DNA of 64,000 nucleotides from Phoronis australis (taxonomy: Eukaryota > Animalia > Phoronida), in the NCBI GenBank assembly GCA_002633005.1, contig NMRA01000042.1, positions 484,770 to 548,769 of the forward strand, read 5' to 3'. A program made the position numbers and the translations under genes. The notes under the pieces are model-generated. The model worked only from the letters and a program-made list of their open reading frames with translations, ran no database searches and was not told the DNA's origin. Below, in pieces: positions 52,901 to 62,617 of this stretch. Within the stretch, counting starts at the first letter, position 1. Each line of letters starts with the position of its first letter.

Positions 52901-55900
52901 TTCAATATTTTGTGTCGTTTTTAAAATGTAATTTCGCGGATTTGATGTAATTGCAACTTTAACTTTGCTTAGAAACTGTTTTGTTGAAGGCGATAACGGC
53001 GGCGTGAACTAAATGCTTTTAAATGTTTGTAAAAATCCTCCAGCTTACAGCGATGTATCTTTTTTCAACAGGCACCACTTCAAAGATACTTAAAATTCCA
53101 TTTTCTATTTATAATCGTTGTTGCTACAAGTCAGTTGACCTTTCTATTTTTTTCTTTTCTGTCCCTAAAACAAGTTCCTTGGACGTTAGCCGGCTTTATT
53201 GGGAAGGGAGTGGTTTACCAAAAGCGCAGCCACATTCTTAATATTTTGAAAAGGTGCAAAATTATGGTCGCTTCCGAAATCCTTGAACGTTGAAGTCGTC
53301 ATGCATGTAGCTATACCTCAAACTATTGTCGAGGAGTTTCATTTATCGTTGTTAGAAAATCACCAGTGGCGGATTTAGGGGGGGGGGCAAGGGAGCCATG
53401 CCCCCTCCCCCCAAAATTCTACCAGATCCCATATGTGAGCTCGGGTGCGAACTGCCGACTAACACATGCGCGCAGCCAGGGGGCTTAGGGGGTGAATAAA
53501 TGAGGCACAGGCCCTGAATAAACCCCGTTTACCTTTTTTTAGTTTTTTTTTAGTCAGCAGATCCGCAAACCCAAGAATTCAAGACCCCTGCATCCCCAGA
53601 TTTTAGGCTGGGCGCGCCCATCTCCGAAATGCTGCTTATTCCTGTGCCCTGCGTCTCCCCTAACTCAAAATCCCGGATCCACCCCTGATTACCAACATTA
53701 GTTTGTTCACGTTTGTCATTTAAAGTCTGGTGTCATTAAAGCGGCACTTTTCATTTATTTTGATATTTTCTCAATACATCCTGCTGTATAACTGAACTCA
53801 TTGACACAGTGAATCACCTATGCAATGAAAACTGAAACTGCCTTGGTTTTTTACAGGTGACCTTATCGGGAAGATATTCGGGTAACCGGTTCGTGTTAGA
53901 ATACGTTGCCAACACAAACATTTACTTGGGTGTCTATAAAAAGGACAAAAATATGGATAGTGCTTTCTGTTCTTGTGAGGTAAATTTATTTAATAAAAAT
54001 TGGGATTTGATATGTTCCTGTTAGTCGTTTGAATCAAAATATCCATACTTGGAGTCATATACATGTAATTCTGTTGAGTTTGCGAATTTTGTTGTCAGAC
54101 TGGTTATTTTACAAAACCAAAGCGAATTCACTCCTAATCCTGATGAATGTTACTTTTTGCATTAACGGGGGTTCAAGGTGATACATGTATCCTGAAAAAA
54201 GTGCTAATGTGTTAAATTGGATAATTGGACTTGTGATTGCAGGGCGAAGAAAAGCTTGCAGATTGGAACATAAATATCCGTTCTTTAATGTCAAGTTGGT
54301 AATCAAATATAATAATTTTGTTTTTTACGTAACCTAGGTGTATTGCCATAAGCTTTCACCTCAGGATGTAGTGGTGCTGGGATTAATTAGTTTTTATGCG
54401 TCCACATATAAATATGCCGTCATCTTTGTGCGGGCGTCCTGCGTCTCCATCTATGTCTCATAAAGCCCTCACAGCAGTTCTTGGATGGATTTTTATGAAA
54501 TTTGGCAAATAGGTTGAGGAAACGACGACACCTTTCCATTTTCGGATGGCTTTGACAATTCTATGAGTCATTTTTGTAATTTTCGAGTCAGTTTTCGGCG
54601 TCTACATTTTATCTGCCAAACCTCCTGGAGAATCATTATGAAAACTGGCAGGTGTGTTTCTAATGAGGAGATGGCGGCTGACGTTGATTTTCAGACGGGT
54701 TTCACTACTTTGGCGCCCCCTAGTGGGAATTTTGTTTTTATTTTGCGTCCGCGGTTCATCTTCCTAACCCTTGTCAAGAACTCAGTGATATTTGGTATTT
54801 CTATGGAGTTCACAACAGATAATGACGAGTTTCAGTCTATTTCGATTATTGGTGTGCCCCCTAGTGGGATTTTATGTTTTTTATGTCTTCCTCTGTGGCT
54901 TTGGAGTTCCTTGATGAGGTTTCATGAAATTCGTCAGATAGGTTTTTTAATAAGGAGGCGATGATGCCGTTTCATTTTCGGGCGGATTCGACGGGTTTTA
55001 CGCGACCCAGTTGTGGCCATTTTTGCGTCTGTTTTCTAGGGTCCGTCTCTCTATCTGCCATACCACTCAAAGGATGATCATGATTATGAAAATTTACAGA
55101 TGTGTTCCCAACGAGATGGGCGGGGTTGACGTTGACTATCAGACGGGTCTGGATAGTGTGTCGCCCCTAGTTGCGATTTTGTTGGGTTTTTTTTTGCTTC
55201 TGTGGCCAATTCTCCTTTACCCTTTGAAGGAGCTTTGCGAAATTGGGAAGGTATATTTCTTTGGGGCCGACAACAAATGGTAATGAGTGTTGAACTAATT
55301 CAAATACCACTGTGCCCCCTAATGGCCCCGTATCTTCGGAGTTCATTAATGTATTTTCATGAAATTCGGCAAATGAGAGACGACAATGCCTTCCTGTTTT
55401 CGGACAGCTTTGATGTTTTCTGCGCCAGATGGTGTCCGTTCTTGTTATTGTTGTTGAGTCGGTTGACTAGCATCCGCCCATATATCTGCCATACAGCTTA
55501 AAGGATCGTTACGAAACTTGACGGTTATGTTCCTGATGAGAAGGCCACGGCTGACATTGATTTTCAAATGTTTGCGACTATTCGGGGGCACTAAGCGGGG
55601 CCAGTTTTGCTTTTTTCTCATCTACGGTTGTATCTTGTTAACCCTTTGAAGGATCTTTGCGAAATTTGGCAGACGGGCTCCATTAGAGATAGTACCAGAT
55701 GACCACTGAGCTTCATATCAATCGGACTGTAGCTTTGCGCCCTAGGGTCAATTGTTTTTTACGTTTGCCTCTATATCTTAGGAGTTCCTTAGGTTATTTC
55801 AAGAAATTTGGCAAATAGTTGTGTATTACTTCGGACGGGTTTTGCGAATTCTGCACCATCTAATAGCCATTTTTATGATACTAAGAACACCCAAATAAGC

Positions 55901-58900
55901 ACGGCTTTTGCGTTGATGTCGTGGGCACATTTCAACGCTCGGCGTTGGTCTTGTATCATTTGTGTCCACCTGCAGGCTTTTCTATTTTTGGCAAATCGAT
56001 TATTGACTGGAGTTGGTCATTGAAAGATTTGTCAGTTGATCACGTAGTGGTAAATATTATTGTGTTTTGTATCACTAGATGGCGTATTCCAAGTGCAAGA
56101 AGTGGGCCCAGCAACCCAGAGGCTGTGAATGTCCTTGTAATCATCGAGCTGAGTTTGATTATTGTTCAAACAAATTCACATTGACAAGGTGAGCCATAGA
56201 AGTATATTACTACAATGTGCCGTAATCAGTCGGGCATTTTCAACTAGTGTCGCACCCAATATTGGCCATTTTGGGATTTCTCAGTACCTTTGGGGAGAAA
56301 AATGCTTTCGAATGGTACCTAGAGAACCAATGGACGTATTCCAATGAAGTTTGACAAAGTTACTTGAGGGCATTGGGCTGGTTCAAGTCGATTTGCGCAC
56401 AATTTCGACCACATCAACACCCCCTAGTGGCCATGTTGATTACCAGTCCTATTGTCCGATAGATATCTCAAAAACTCGTGCTCGGATTTTATGAAATTTG
56501 GCACGATGAGAGTGTAGGGCATTGGCGGTGCACGACACTGTTCAATTTTGCCATTGGCCAGTGAGTAGAGCTTTTCAGTGTGGACAAATGATCGGTTGAT
56601 TTCAATGAAACTTGACCCAGAGGTGTATGAGGTAACGCACCTCAGAGCAACAACAAAAAAAACTGAGGGCGGATTTTGCTACTGCAGCATTGCCTAGTAG
56701 CGTTTTATCTAGTTTTTGCCCTGTTGTCTGCTCGACCGCTTGACACTGACACAGCATAACTACGAATGATGATGATTAGGGTGAGACCAGTCATTTTTAA
56801 AACCACTCTACATTTAAAAGCAACATTTCCTGTGCCCAAATATACAAATGTGGGTGCATATTGTCGTCCTCTCTTTGTGTGCGTCCAACGCCCGCTGTTG
56901 TATCTCGTAAACTCCTTGCCTTATCTAAATGAGATTTGGTAGATGTGTTCCTATGAAGCTTACAACGAGTGATGACGAGTTTCAAATCGATCAAACCACC
57001 ACTGTGTCCCATATTATTAGTTTTTACATTCACCACTGTGTCTTTGGAGTTACTCATTGGATATTCATGGAATTTGGAAGTTTATTTCTATTAAGAGGAC
57101 GACGACACCTTGTCATTTTCGGTCAGATTTGTGTTCTGTTCCATCTACTGGCCATTCTTATTATTTTCGAGATGTCTGTGTTTGCCTCTCTATCCTCCAA
57201 ACCACTCGAACGATCGTTACTAAAATTAGTATATGACGTGATCCTGGTGAGAAGGTCACGACTGCCGGTAATATTTGGAGGTATCTTATTTTTGCGTGCG
57301 TGGTTTTATCTCCTTTATAACTTTTTGCAAGATATTTGTAAAACTTGGTATGTGTTTTCCTACTATTGCCTCTTATGTAATGGTCGGATATAACGTGCTC
57401 ACGTTTAGAGAACCAGTTTTCGCCACTGAATAACGGGCATCAAACTGGTTCTCAAAATTTGGCCACGTCATTTCCGACTATTTTCCTACGTATGTGACAA
57501 CAGATGATCACGACTTTTGAGACAATCTGGCTAATGCTGTGCACCCTAGTGGCAATTTCAGGTTTTTACGTTCGCTTCTTTTTCATGAAAATTGACAAAT
57601 TGTTTTTTCTTAAGATGAGGACGCCTTCCCATTTTTGGAGGGACTCAACCAATTTTGACAGCCGAACTGATGAGTCAAGAGAGGCTGTTCATAGAGGACG
57701 TTTCTTGTCAGTTATTCCGCTGGCCTTAAACGTTTTTGGCTTTCAAGTATACACTCCAACCAATGATGATTTTGTGATAGTTTAAACGAGCCTTTGAGTA
57801 TCTTTAATTTATTCAGTGACTCACGACCAGCGTGCACTCCACGTGCGCCTGCGAACTTTCTAAGCATCACAGAGGAAGAGTCAAAACTAGATGGACTCAA
57901 GAGATGCGTAGACAACAAGTGTCCTGAAAAAAATAACAAGACGTAAGTAAATGAAGTTTTGCAGGTATTAGTCCATCTCTTGTTTGCAGTTACTTTTTAC
58001 ATCACTAAAACTTGGGAACCCAATTTCCTTTTGTCATTTTTGAGGAGTTAAACTGATAGTGATTCTGTCCGTAGGCATGTTTCATCTGCGAGCTAATGTT
58101 CTGTGCAAGCGATTCAAAGAATGTTCGAATGGCTAGTTACTGCTTCTAGGTTTTGTAAACCAGTTACAACTATTTGTGCGTGTTTATTTGTTTTTCTTCT
58201 AATAGGGAAACGCTACGTTTCCGTCTGTACTTAGTGTCGCCTATCTCCTGCCCACACGCACTCTCAGGGGTGTTGCTCATTATAATGTTCCTCCCCTACG
58301 GAGCTTCTGTGCTGAAGGAGGTGTCGCTTCCATTTGCACAGTTTGTGGAGGGTTCAAAACTATTTCCAGGAATTTTGAACAGTATCATCTTACAGGTGTT
58401 CACGAATTGGTTCAGTTAGCCGCCGGTCGAACTCGCTAACTACACACAAAGACGGTTTCGATTTGCAGGATCGCTGCGGTTCAAATCGTGACAGCCGCAG
58501 AGCTTGTATTTCGTTTGCTCTTGTTCAATCACGCGCATTTTCTTTTAATTTCAGGAGATGTATTGCCTTTACAGGATGTCATTGGTGTGATGGTTCATGC
58601 GTATATGTAGACGACAAGTGTTTAACAGATGGAAAATCTGGTGAGATTACTGACATTGTCATTGCTTGTATTGCTTTTGTTGTGGTCATTGAATTCATTA
58701 CGTACAAATGTGTACAACATTTTAAAGACAAGAGAATAGGCCAACGGTCAGAGGATCCAGATCACCCCAGCAACCCCGCATTTAGCTATTGAGTGACATG
58801 TTTTAGTTCTAATACACACGCCTGTAAATTTTCTGCCCTCACTTACCGCACAAGTGTCGTCACTTATTTTCTCGTCAACACTTTGTTGTTCTCGCCTGTT

Positions 58901-59544
58901 GTAATTCATTTCTCAATTACTATGAACTGTCTGTCTTCTCCTGACGTGGAATTCGTTTCTTATCAGCAGCGTTCCACTGTCACGAACAAGTGTTCTTGAC
59001 AGAAAAACGAATTTTAATGTTTGAGAAGAGAGCTGTTTGTGAGAATATGACTGTGTTTACGGAAAATGTTCTTAATAAGAAAGCCTTTACAGTGCAAAAG
59101 TTGGATCTCGTCGGGCTTTAAATTTCCAATTGCTTACAGCTAGGTTGGGCACTTAGAATACTGTAATACTGTAAAAATGTTTTTGCAGGTGGTTTGTCAA
59201 CTGGCGGTATAGTTGGCATCGTTATAGGTGTCCTTGTTGCGGTTGGCTTGATCTCTTTTCTGTCCTGGTTCTGTTGGGGCCGGGAGACCGGTGGTTCACC
59301 GACAACTGCAGCTCCACAGCCGTCTCATGTTTACGACAATCCCCAACGAGTTACTGACGTAGAGCGGCCAAAGGCAACACCTTCTGCACCAGCTGCTTTT
59401 GGGGAAGTTGGGCATGGCATGGATTCTCGCAATCAAATTTACCCACAACCGTCGCAGTTATACAACGCAAACGCGGCAACAGTTGATTTAGAGTATCACC
59501 CACCCGATAGCCAGCCACCACCTTATGAATTTCACAAATGGTAA
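22758..59544 (+). CDS. CACHD1: VWFA and Cache domain-containing protein 1-like (CACHD1/alpha2delta family) type I membrane protein, 23 coding exons, about 1120 aa
   Basis: 23 exons total 3363 nt, every junction phase-compatible, no stops. Signal peptide; WQYFGTEQG..YPA, YDHRYRPWY; VWA (DKSGS, GGGT, ILFLTDG, VFTYGLG); Cache repeats (LMHPYLP, WRYFGT, YDHTVRPWY, CFVIDDSGFLVMH); CECPC; TM; cytoplasmic tail. The family is secure; one-to-one orthology to CACHD1 is not. Confidence 0.88.
24685..24747 (+). CDS. CACHD1-like exon 2
   Basis: ag|DKYDENPYNVETLKGDLLIQE|gtaagc; phase 0/0. Confidence 0.75.
27250..27414 (+). CDS. CACHD1-like exon 3
   Basis: cag|LAPTVADRF...TECCRL...LKSK|gtgagt. Confidence 0.85.
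27813..28021 (+). CDS. CACHD1-like exon 4 (ends at a GC donor)
   Basis: NLNWQYFGTEQGIYYNYPA..YDHRYR; AG|gcaagt. Confidence 0.9.
28481..30033. mobile_element. Possible old hAT-type non-autonomous element
   Basis: TAGGGATGCAACG + TCGATTCGATT at left, AATCGAATCG + CGTTGCTGCCCA at right; no clear TSD. Confidence 0.4.
30189..30348 (+). CDS. CACHD1-like exon 5 (VWA start, MIDAS)
   Basis: PWYVEALTPLPKDVVIVIDKSGSM...LETLNPKDR|gtaagt. Confidence 0.93.
31488..31716 (+). CDS. CACHD1-like exon 6 (VWA)
   Basis: VGVAAFS...CFNRKLAEATPQN...GGGTAYVPPLNKAF. Confidence 0.92.
32583..32711 (+). CDS. CACHD1-like exon 7 (VWA)
   Basis: KVILFLTDGVP...VIVFTYGLGS. Confidence 0.93.
32929..33773. mobile_element. Long-TIR MITE with 8-bp TSD (P/hAT type)
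   Basis: About 80-bp inverted ends CACAGGTGTCCCCAGCTTCTGATCGTCCCCAATACACTAT..CAAGGTATGACACTC; TSD AGTTCACC on both sides; lies inside an older inverted pair (about 32742/33923). Confidence 0.85.
34275..34330 (+). CDS. CACHD1-like exon 8
   Basis: ttcag|GA...CGG|gtaagg; bridges phase 1 to 0; VSDGPKTILTEMTKTGNR. Confidence 0.8.
35304..35439 (+). CDS. CACHD1-like exon 9
   Basis: HGHFTHVENPSKLRSAMSSYYSF...TPYIDAFSK. Confidence 0.9.
36684..36797 (+). CDS. CACHD1-like exon 10 (Cache)
   Basis: LITSIVLPVHVNGKLVGVVGGDLNMAELLGDITYF. Confidence 0.9.
37683..37800. repeat. 30-bp minisatellite, 4 copies
   Basis: CATACGTACCATTGGAGCTCAGATAACCCG repeats. Confidence 0.9.
37868..38021 (+). CDS. CACHD1-like exon 11 (Cache)
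   Basis: EFSYAFMADQFGRTLMHPYLPQP...HISKLEP. Confidence 0.92.
38335..39396. mobile_element. P-element-like non-autonomous transposon
   Basis: About 31-bp TIR CAAGGAGTGTAgTaGTAtAGGAGAGTTCACT / AGTGAACTCTCCTGTACAAGTACACTCCTTG; 7-bp TSD ATTTTAT. Confidence 0.8.
40312..40379. repeat. Short fold-back element / mini-MITE
   Basis: GCCCGGTGCCTAATGT..AGACTCG ... CGAGTCT..ACATTAGGCACCGGGC. Confidence 0.65.
41224..41495 (+). CDS. CACHD1-like exon 12
   Basis: GETGSKQL...VTYNWAPIDGTNFSVCAV...FVYHEL...CKFFKRY. Confidence 0.9.
41623..43679 (+). mobile_element. Compound HINE family A (two 5' heads, two 3' tails), includes N gap 42456-42550
   Basis: Heads TTTTTATGCGCCCACATATTTATATGTGGACGCAT + (GTCC)n at 41623 and 41991; tails GGGCGCATTTCAACGCTC..CGTT.CTCTTGTT at about 42893-42925 and 43647-43679. 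Confidence 0.85.
45394..45530 (+). CDS. CACHD1-like exon 13
   Basis: SSCVKFSPYAFLKPFNYL...TNPGFK|gtcagt. Confidence 0.88.
45824..45996 (+). CDS. CACHD1-like exon 14 (second dCache)
   Basis: IVWRYFGTIEGAMRFFPATLLNKNYDHTVRPW. Confidence 0.93.
46681..46728. repeat. (GT)n/(GCGT)n microsatellite
   Basis: Direct reading; a similar tract lies at about 21139-21208. Confidence 0.9.
46790..47530 (+). mobile_element. Degenerate HINE family A copy
   Basis: Unit motifs ataaaatttggcaaa, gcaccctagtggc, cggatccgactac; boundaries approximate. Confidence 0.6.
47686..47796 (+). CDS. CACHD1-like exon 15
   Basis: YKRTLAHRGKNVLSAPYKDNWGSGYLVTLSRTVFQG. Confidence 0.92.
48088..48156 (-). mobile_element. tRNA-derived SINE head or tRNA pseudogene
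   Basis: Minus strand GTGGTGCAGTGGTAAAGCAC (A box) ... GAGTACGAGTCC (degenerate B box); no intact cloverleaf. Confidence 0.45.
48903..49010 (+). CDS. CACHD1-like exon 16
   Basis: AHSPDDLVAGVIGTDFTLGSFYNKMVESSSLCSDN. Confidence 0.88.
49745..50683. mobile_element. Kolobok-like non-autonomous transposon
   Basis: TTAA|AAGGTTATCTCCAAC ... GTTGGAGATAACCTT|TTAA: perfect 15-bp TIR, purine termini, TTAA TSD. Confidence 0.85.
51463..51556 (+). CDS. CACHD1-like exon 17
   Basis: CFVIDDSGFLVMHEDFVKDGYLFEGVHIINK. Confidence 0.92.
52776..52871 (+). CDS. CACHD1-like exon 18
   Basis: LPSIAYELIQKGYLKQEACLNFETVKYNSYWR|gtaagt. Confidence 0.88.
53364..53687. mobile_element. hAT5-like MITE related to 20472-20794
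   Basis: CAGTGGCGGATTTAGG ... CCCGGATCCACCCCTG; flanks ATCAC/ATTAC (5 bp, 1 mismatch). Confidence 0.65.
53857..53979 (+). CDS. CACHD1-like exon 19
   Basis: VTLSGRYSGNRFVLEYVANTNIYLGV...FCSCE. Confidence 0.85.
54391..55954 (+). mobile_element. Near full-length HINE family A copy
   Basis: Head TTTTTATGCGTCCACATAT; about 9-10 internal units; tail GTGGGCACATTTCAACGCTCGGCGTTGGTCTTGT. Confidence 0.8.
56079..56188 (+). CDS. CACHD1-like exon 20 (CECPC)
   Basis: MAYSKCKKWAQQPRGCECPCNHRAEFDYCSNKF. Confidence 0.9.
56828..57660 (+). mobile_element. Degenerate HINE family A copy with a small fold-back insert (about 57386-57476)
   Basis: Head TGTGCCCAAATATACAAATGTGGGTGCAT; unit motifs; inverted GAGAACCAGTTT/AAACTGGTTCTC inside. 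Confidence 0.6.
57817..57942 (+). CDS. CACHD1-like exon 21
   Basis: DSRPACTPRAP...LKRCVDNKCPEKNNK; AC|gtaagt. Confidence 0.85.
58555..58640 (+). CDS. CACHD1-like exon 22 (PSI-like Cys module)
   Basis: RCIAFTGCHWCDGSCVYVDDKCLTDGKS; G|gtgaga. Confidence 0.85.
59189..59544 (+). CDS. CACHD1-like terminal exon 23 (TM helix and cytoplasmic tail)
   Basis: GLSTGGIVGIVIGVLVAVGLISFLSWFCW, then a tail with VYDNP and QPPPYE; TAA stop. Confidence 0.88.
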
Positions 59545-62500
59545 AAAACTTTGTGAATGTTAGAGACTGTGCCACGTCTTTGTAATTAAGCTCATTAGTG
59601 AAGTAATGAGTATTCGTGAAGTGGAGACTTGGCCATAATCTATGATATCAATTGTTTTGCATTCAGGCAAAGTAGCAAGTGTGATTTTTACTGTTTTCTA
59701 GTAGAATACGTTTCCTCACTTGACATTTGAGGTGTGTGCAATTCATTTTTATCCTAAAACTTGGTATGTAAACACCCACGTCCAGGGTTGCATTCTGTAG
59801 ATGCTAGAATCTCGTGAAAACGCTGTGTTGACAAGTATAGTACCAAAATCTTCGTAAATGTAGCATTTGCTTAGTCATATATGCTCAATCAATTCTTAAA
59901 CAAACAAACTTGAGTTCCGGTAGCCATTAAAGGATCGCCATAAAACTGGACTCTAGTGCTTCGTTACTTATTCAGATGAGAAGTAGTACGCAGGCTTGAA
60001 AAGCACGATCTGTCCGTTGTTGCTGGAACCTGTGGCGGGCCCATGATACAGGCGACTTTTTGAGCACGTTGACAGTCTCAGTTGAATAACACTAACCGAT
60101 TGTTAGTTCTTCATAATCATAAGTAAACAAGCTGAGATTTAAGTCTAAAATCTGCAAATACAATACGACGATAAGTTATTCAGTTGAGTCGAAAATATTA
60201 GGACATAAGTTGATACTTCGCCGACTTCAGATATCTTTCAAACCATGTCACTGACACATACTTAAACCCGCCGCCGGCAACGGAGGTAAGAGGACTACGG
60301 TTCAATCGTAAATAAGTCCTCAAAATAAAATATTTTGCAAAAAAGTAAAAGCGTAAGGCTTCGAAGGTCATTATAGATTACAAGTAACAATCACAATCCA
60401 TAAATACACGGGAACATGGCGATCTACGTTCACAACAAACCAAGGGATGAAAATCATGAATATGTCTGCCATATTCTTCATGGATGTTCACGAATTTTGG
60501 CAATACGTTTTATTATTGTCACAGACGGATTTGACTTATGGAGCATCCTCTAGTGCCTTTTTATTTTTTGTATCACATCATAGTAATAAACGCCTTTGTC
60601 GTGGGCGCATCTTTGCCATGCATATATTGTCCTTTCATTTTACTCTATCGGAAGAAATGTTCGAGTTTTTTTTTAAACAAGCCTAGTAGACACTACTAAT
60701 TTTCTATGAAGTTCGCAGGCGGACCATCATCATAGTTGTAAGTTCTAGGTTGAGACTCCAAAAGTACGTGCTATCTCACTTCCTGCCTCAGTGGATAATG
60801 TTGGAACGATACCATGTTCACCAACGAGGAGGACGCGTTCTTTCCACAAAACTTGACCATTTCTGCTCATATGGCCATTTTTGTTTTTATTTTTTCGAAA
60901 ATCTTGAAATATAACTTAATCGACGGCTTTAGGCTCTGGGAGAATGCTCGTTGTAAGCTCTGGTCACAGTCGTTCCGACACAGTGTATTGCTTAAATGTA
61001 TGTCTGTGGTCCTTTTAGGGTCTCCCTATCAGGGAACACCACTCACAGTGTATTGTTGTGTGTTTGCGGTCCTGTGAGGGTCTCCTTATCAAGCAATATC
61101 ACTTACAGTGTATTCAATTGTTGAGAGTTTGCGGTCCTGTTAGGGTCTCCTTATCAAGGAATATCACTTGTGATTTGAGTGTGTTATATTGCAATGTGTA
61201 CATGTGTATGTGTTTGGTTAAATAAAAATATTTCTACAAATGAAACTGAGATAAGTTATGTATGATAAGCAAACTACAAAGAATATTCACGTTCCGATCG
61301 GTGATCACAGTCAATATTTTAGTAGGCCCTATACAAAATGTCTGACAACGTTAACTGCAATCAACAGAGCCTCCAGGACCAGACCATTACTTAACGAAAT
61401 GTGTTGAAAATAGTGACCAATTTTGAAGTCGTTGAGTCGCGCAAACCATGATTTCTGAATCGTGTGTTCTATCAGGCAGGCGTGCCGACCAACGGCGCTA
61501 TTTTTCATGAACACGTTTATTTTTTAACGAGCCATACTTCTTTTCTCCTCCACCGCAGTAAGTTCTTTCGAGCATATTTGAATTGCAACAGACAAGAGGC
61601 GCGGATACGTACTCGGTAGGCCAACAGTGTGTAAAATAACTCGGTACGGGAGTCTGTTCGTGTGAAAGGGACGATTTCGTGAGAAAATGCAAAAGGCTTA
61701 CGATTCATGACGGAAAGCGCACTCAGAAAAGGATTTCATTGCATGAGAGTGTAATACCAGCTCGTGAAAAAATAACTTATTCCATGAGAAAAGAATGTTG
61801 TTTGTGAGAACGTTCTTGCTGTTCATCAAATACGAAGAGTGGCTACCGTGGAATAACACCTTTCGTCGGACAGAAACTGCCGCAATATTCGTAAATAAGG
61901 CTTAAATTCCGACAGCCCCGTAATACGTGCGCGACCTCATTTTGTGTAAGTTTACAAAAAATACCATTCTTTAAAACAAATATGAGAGATTCCGACCATG
62001 GAAACTGGAATCTGATCCTCCACGAATACTACGGCTTCACTTGTAAAGTGTATAGACTCCCGGGTTACTGTGTCCATGTCCAATCCAACACGAATGTCTT
62101 GACTGCCCCTAAAAGATATCGATTTGATTAATTAGATTTTTCTGAAGGCGTGTGCCTTTACTGCAAATTCGTTTTAAGCTAGATTGTAAGCAGATCACTT
62201 GTAGTTTTTCAACTTAGCAAGCAAAGTTAGACAAATTGCCGTCTTTTGAGTAATCTCTCGTACGATATATAGCGGCCTGCTTTGGCACGAAGTCTTGCAA
62301 CCTTGGGTGAATCCCCGTTGTGCAGTAACAAGTCAAGACCGTGACGCCGCTGAAAGAGGGATATAAGCCCACTTTGATTTTATCTGGTAAAGGATATCTT
62401 CTTTTAGTCAAATACGCTTGTGCATCACGTCAGAGGAGTACCGGTAGGGTGGAGAGCATAATAAAAATTATTACCTGGTATACCCAAATGAACGGACGGG

Positions 62501-62617
62501 TGTTCGTAAACCTAACGGTATTACTTACCCGGTTCAATCAGTTCAATCATACATTTCATAGTCGTGTTGAATTATAGCGAATAGATGCAGATAAAGAGAC
62601 GTGGTCATTGATAACGA

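Noticed and set aside
53175-53241. Candidate extra CACHD1-like exon
   Set aside because: In the required phase 0 it hits TAG after four codons; exons 18 and 19 join cleanly without it.
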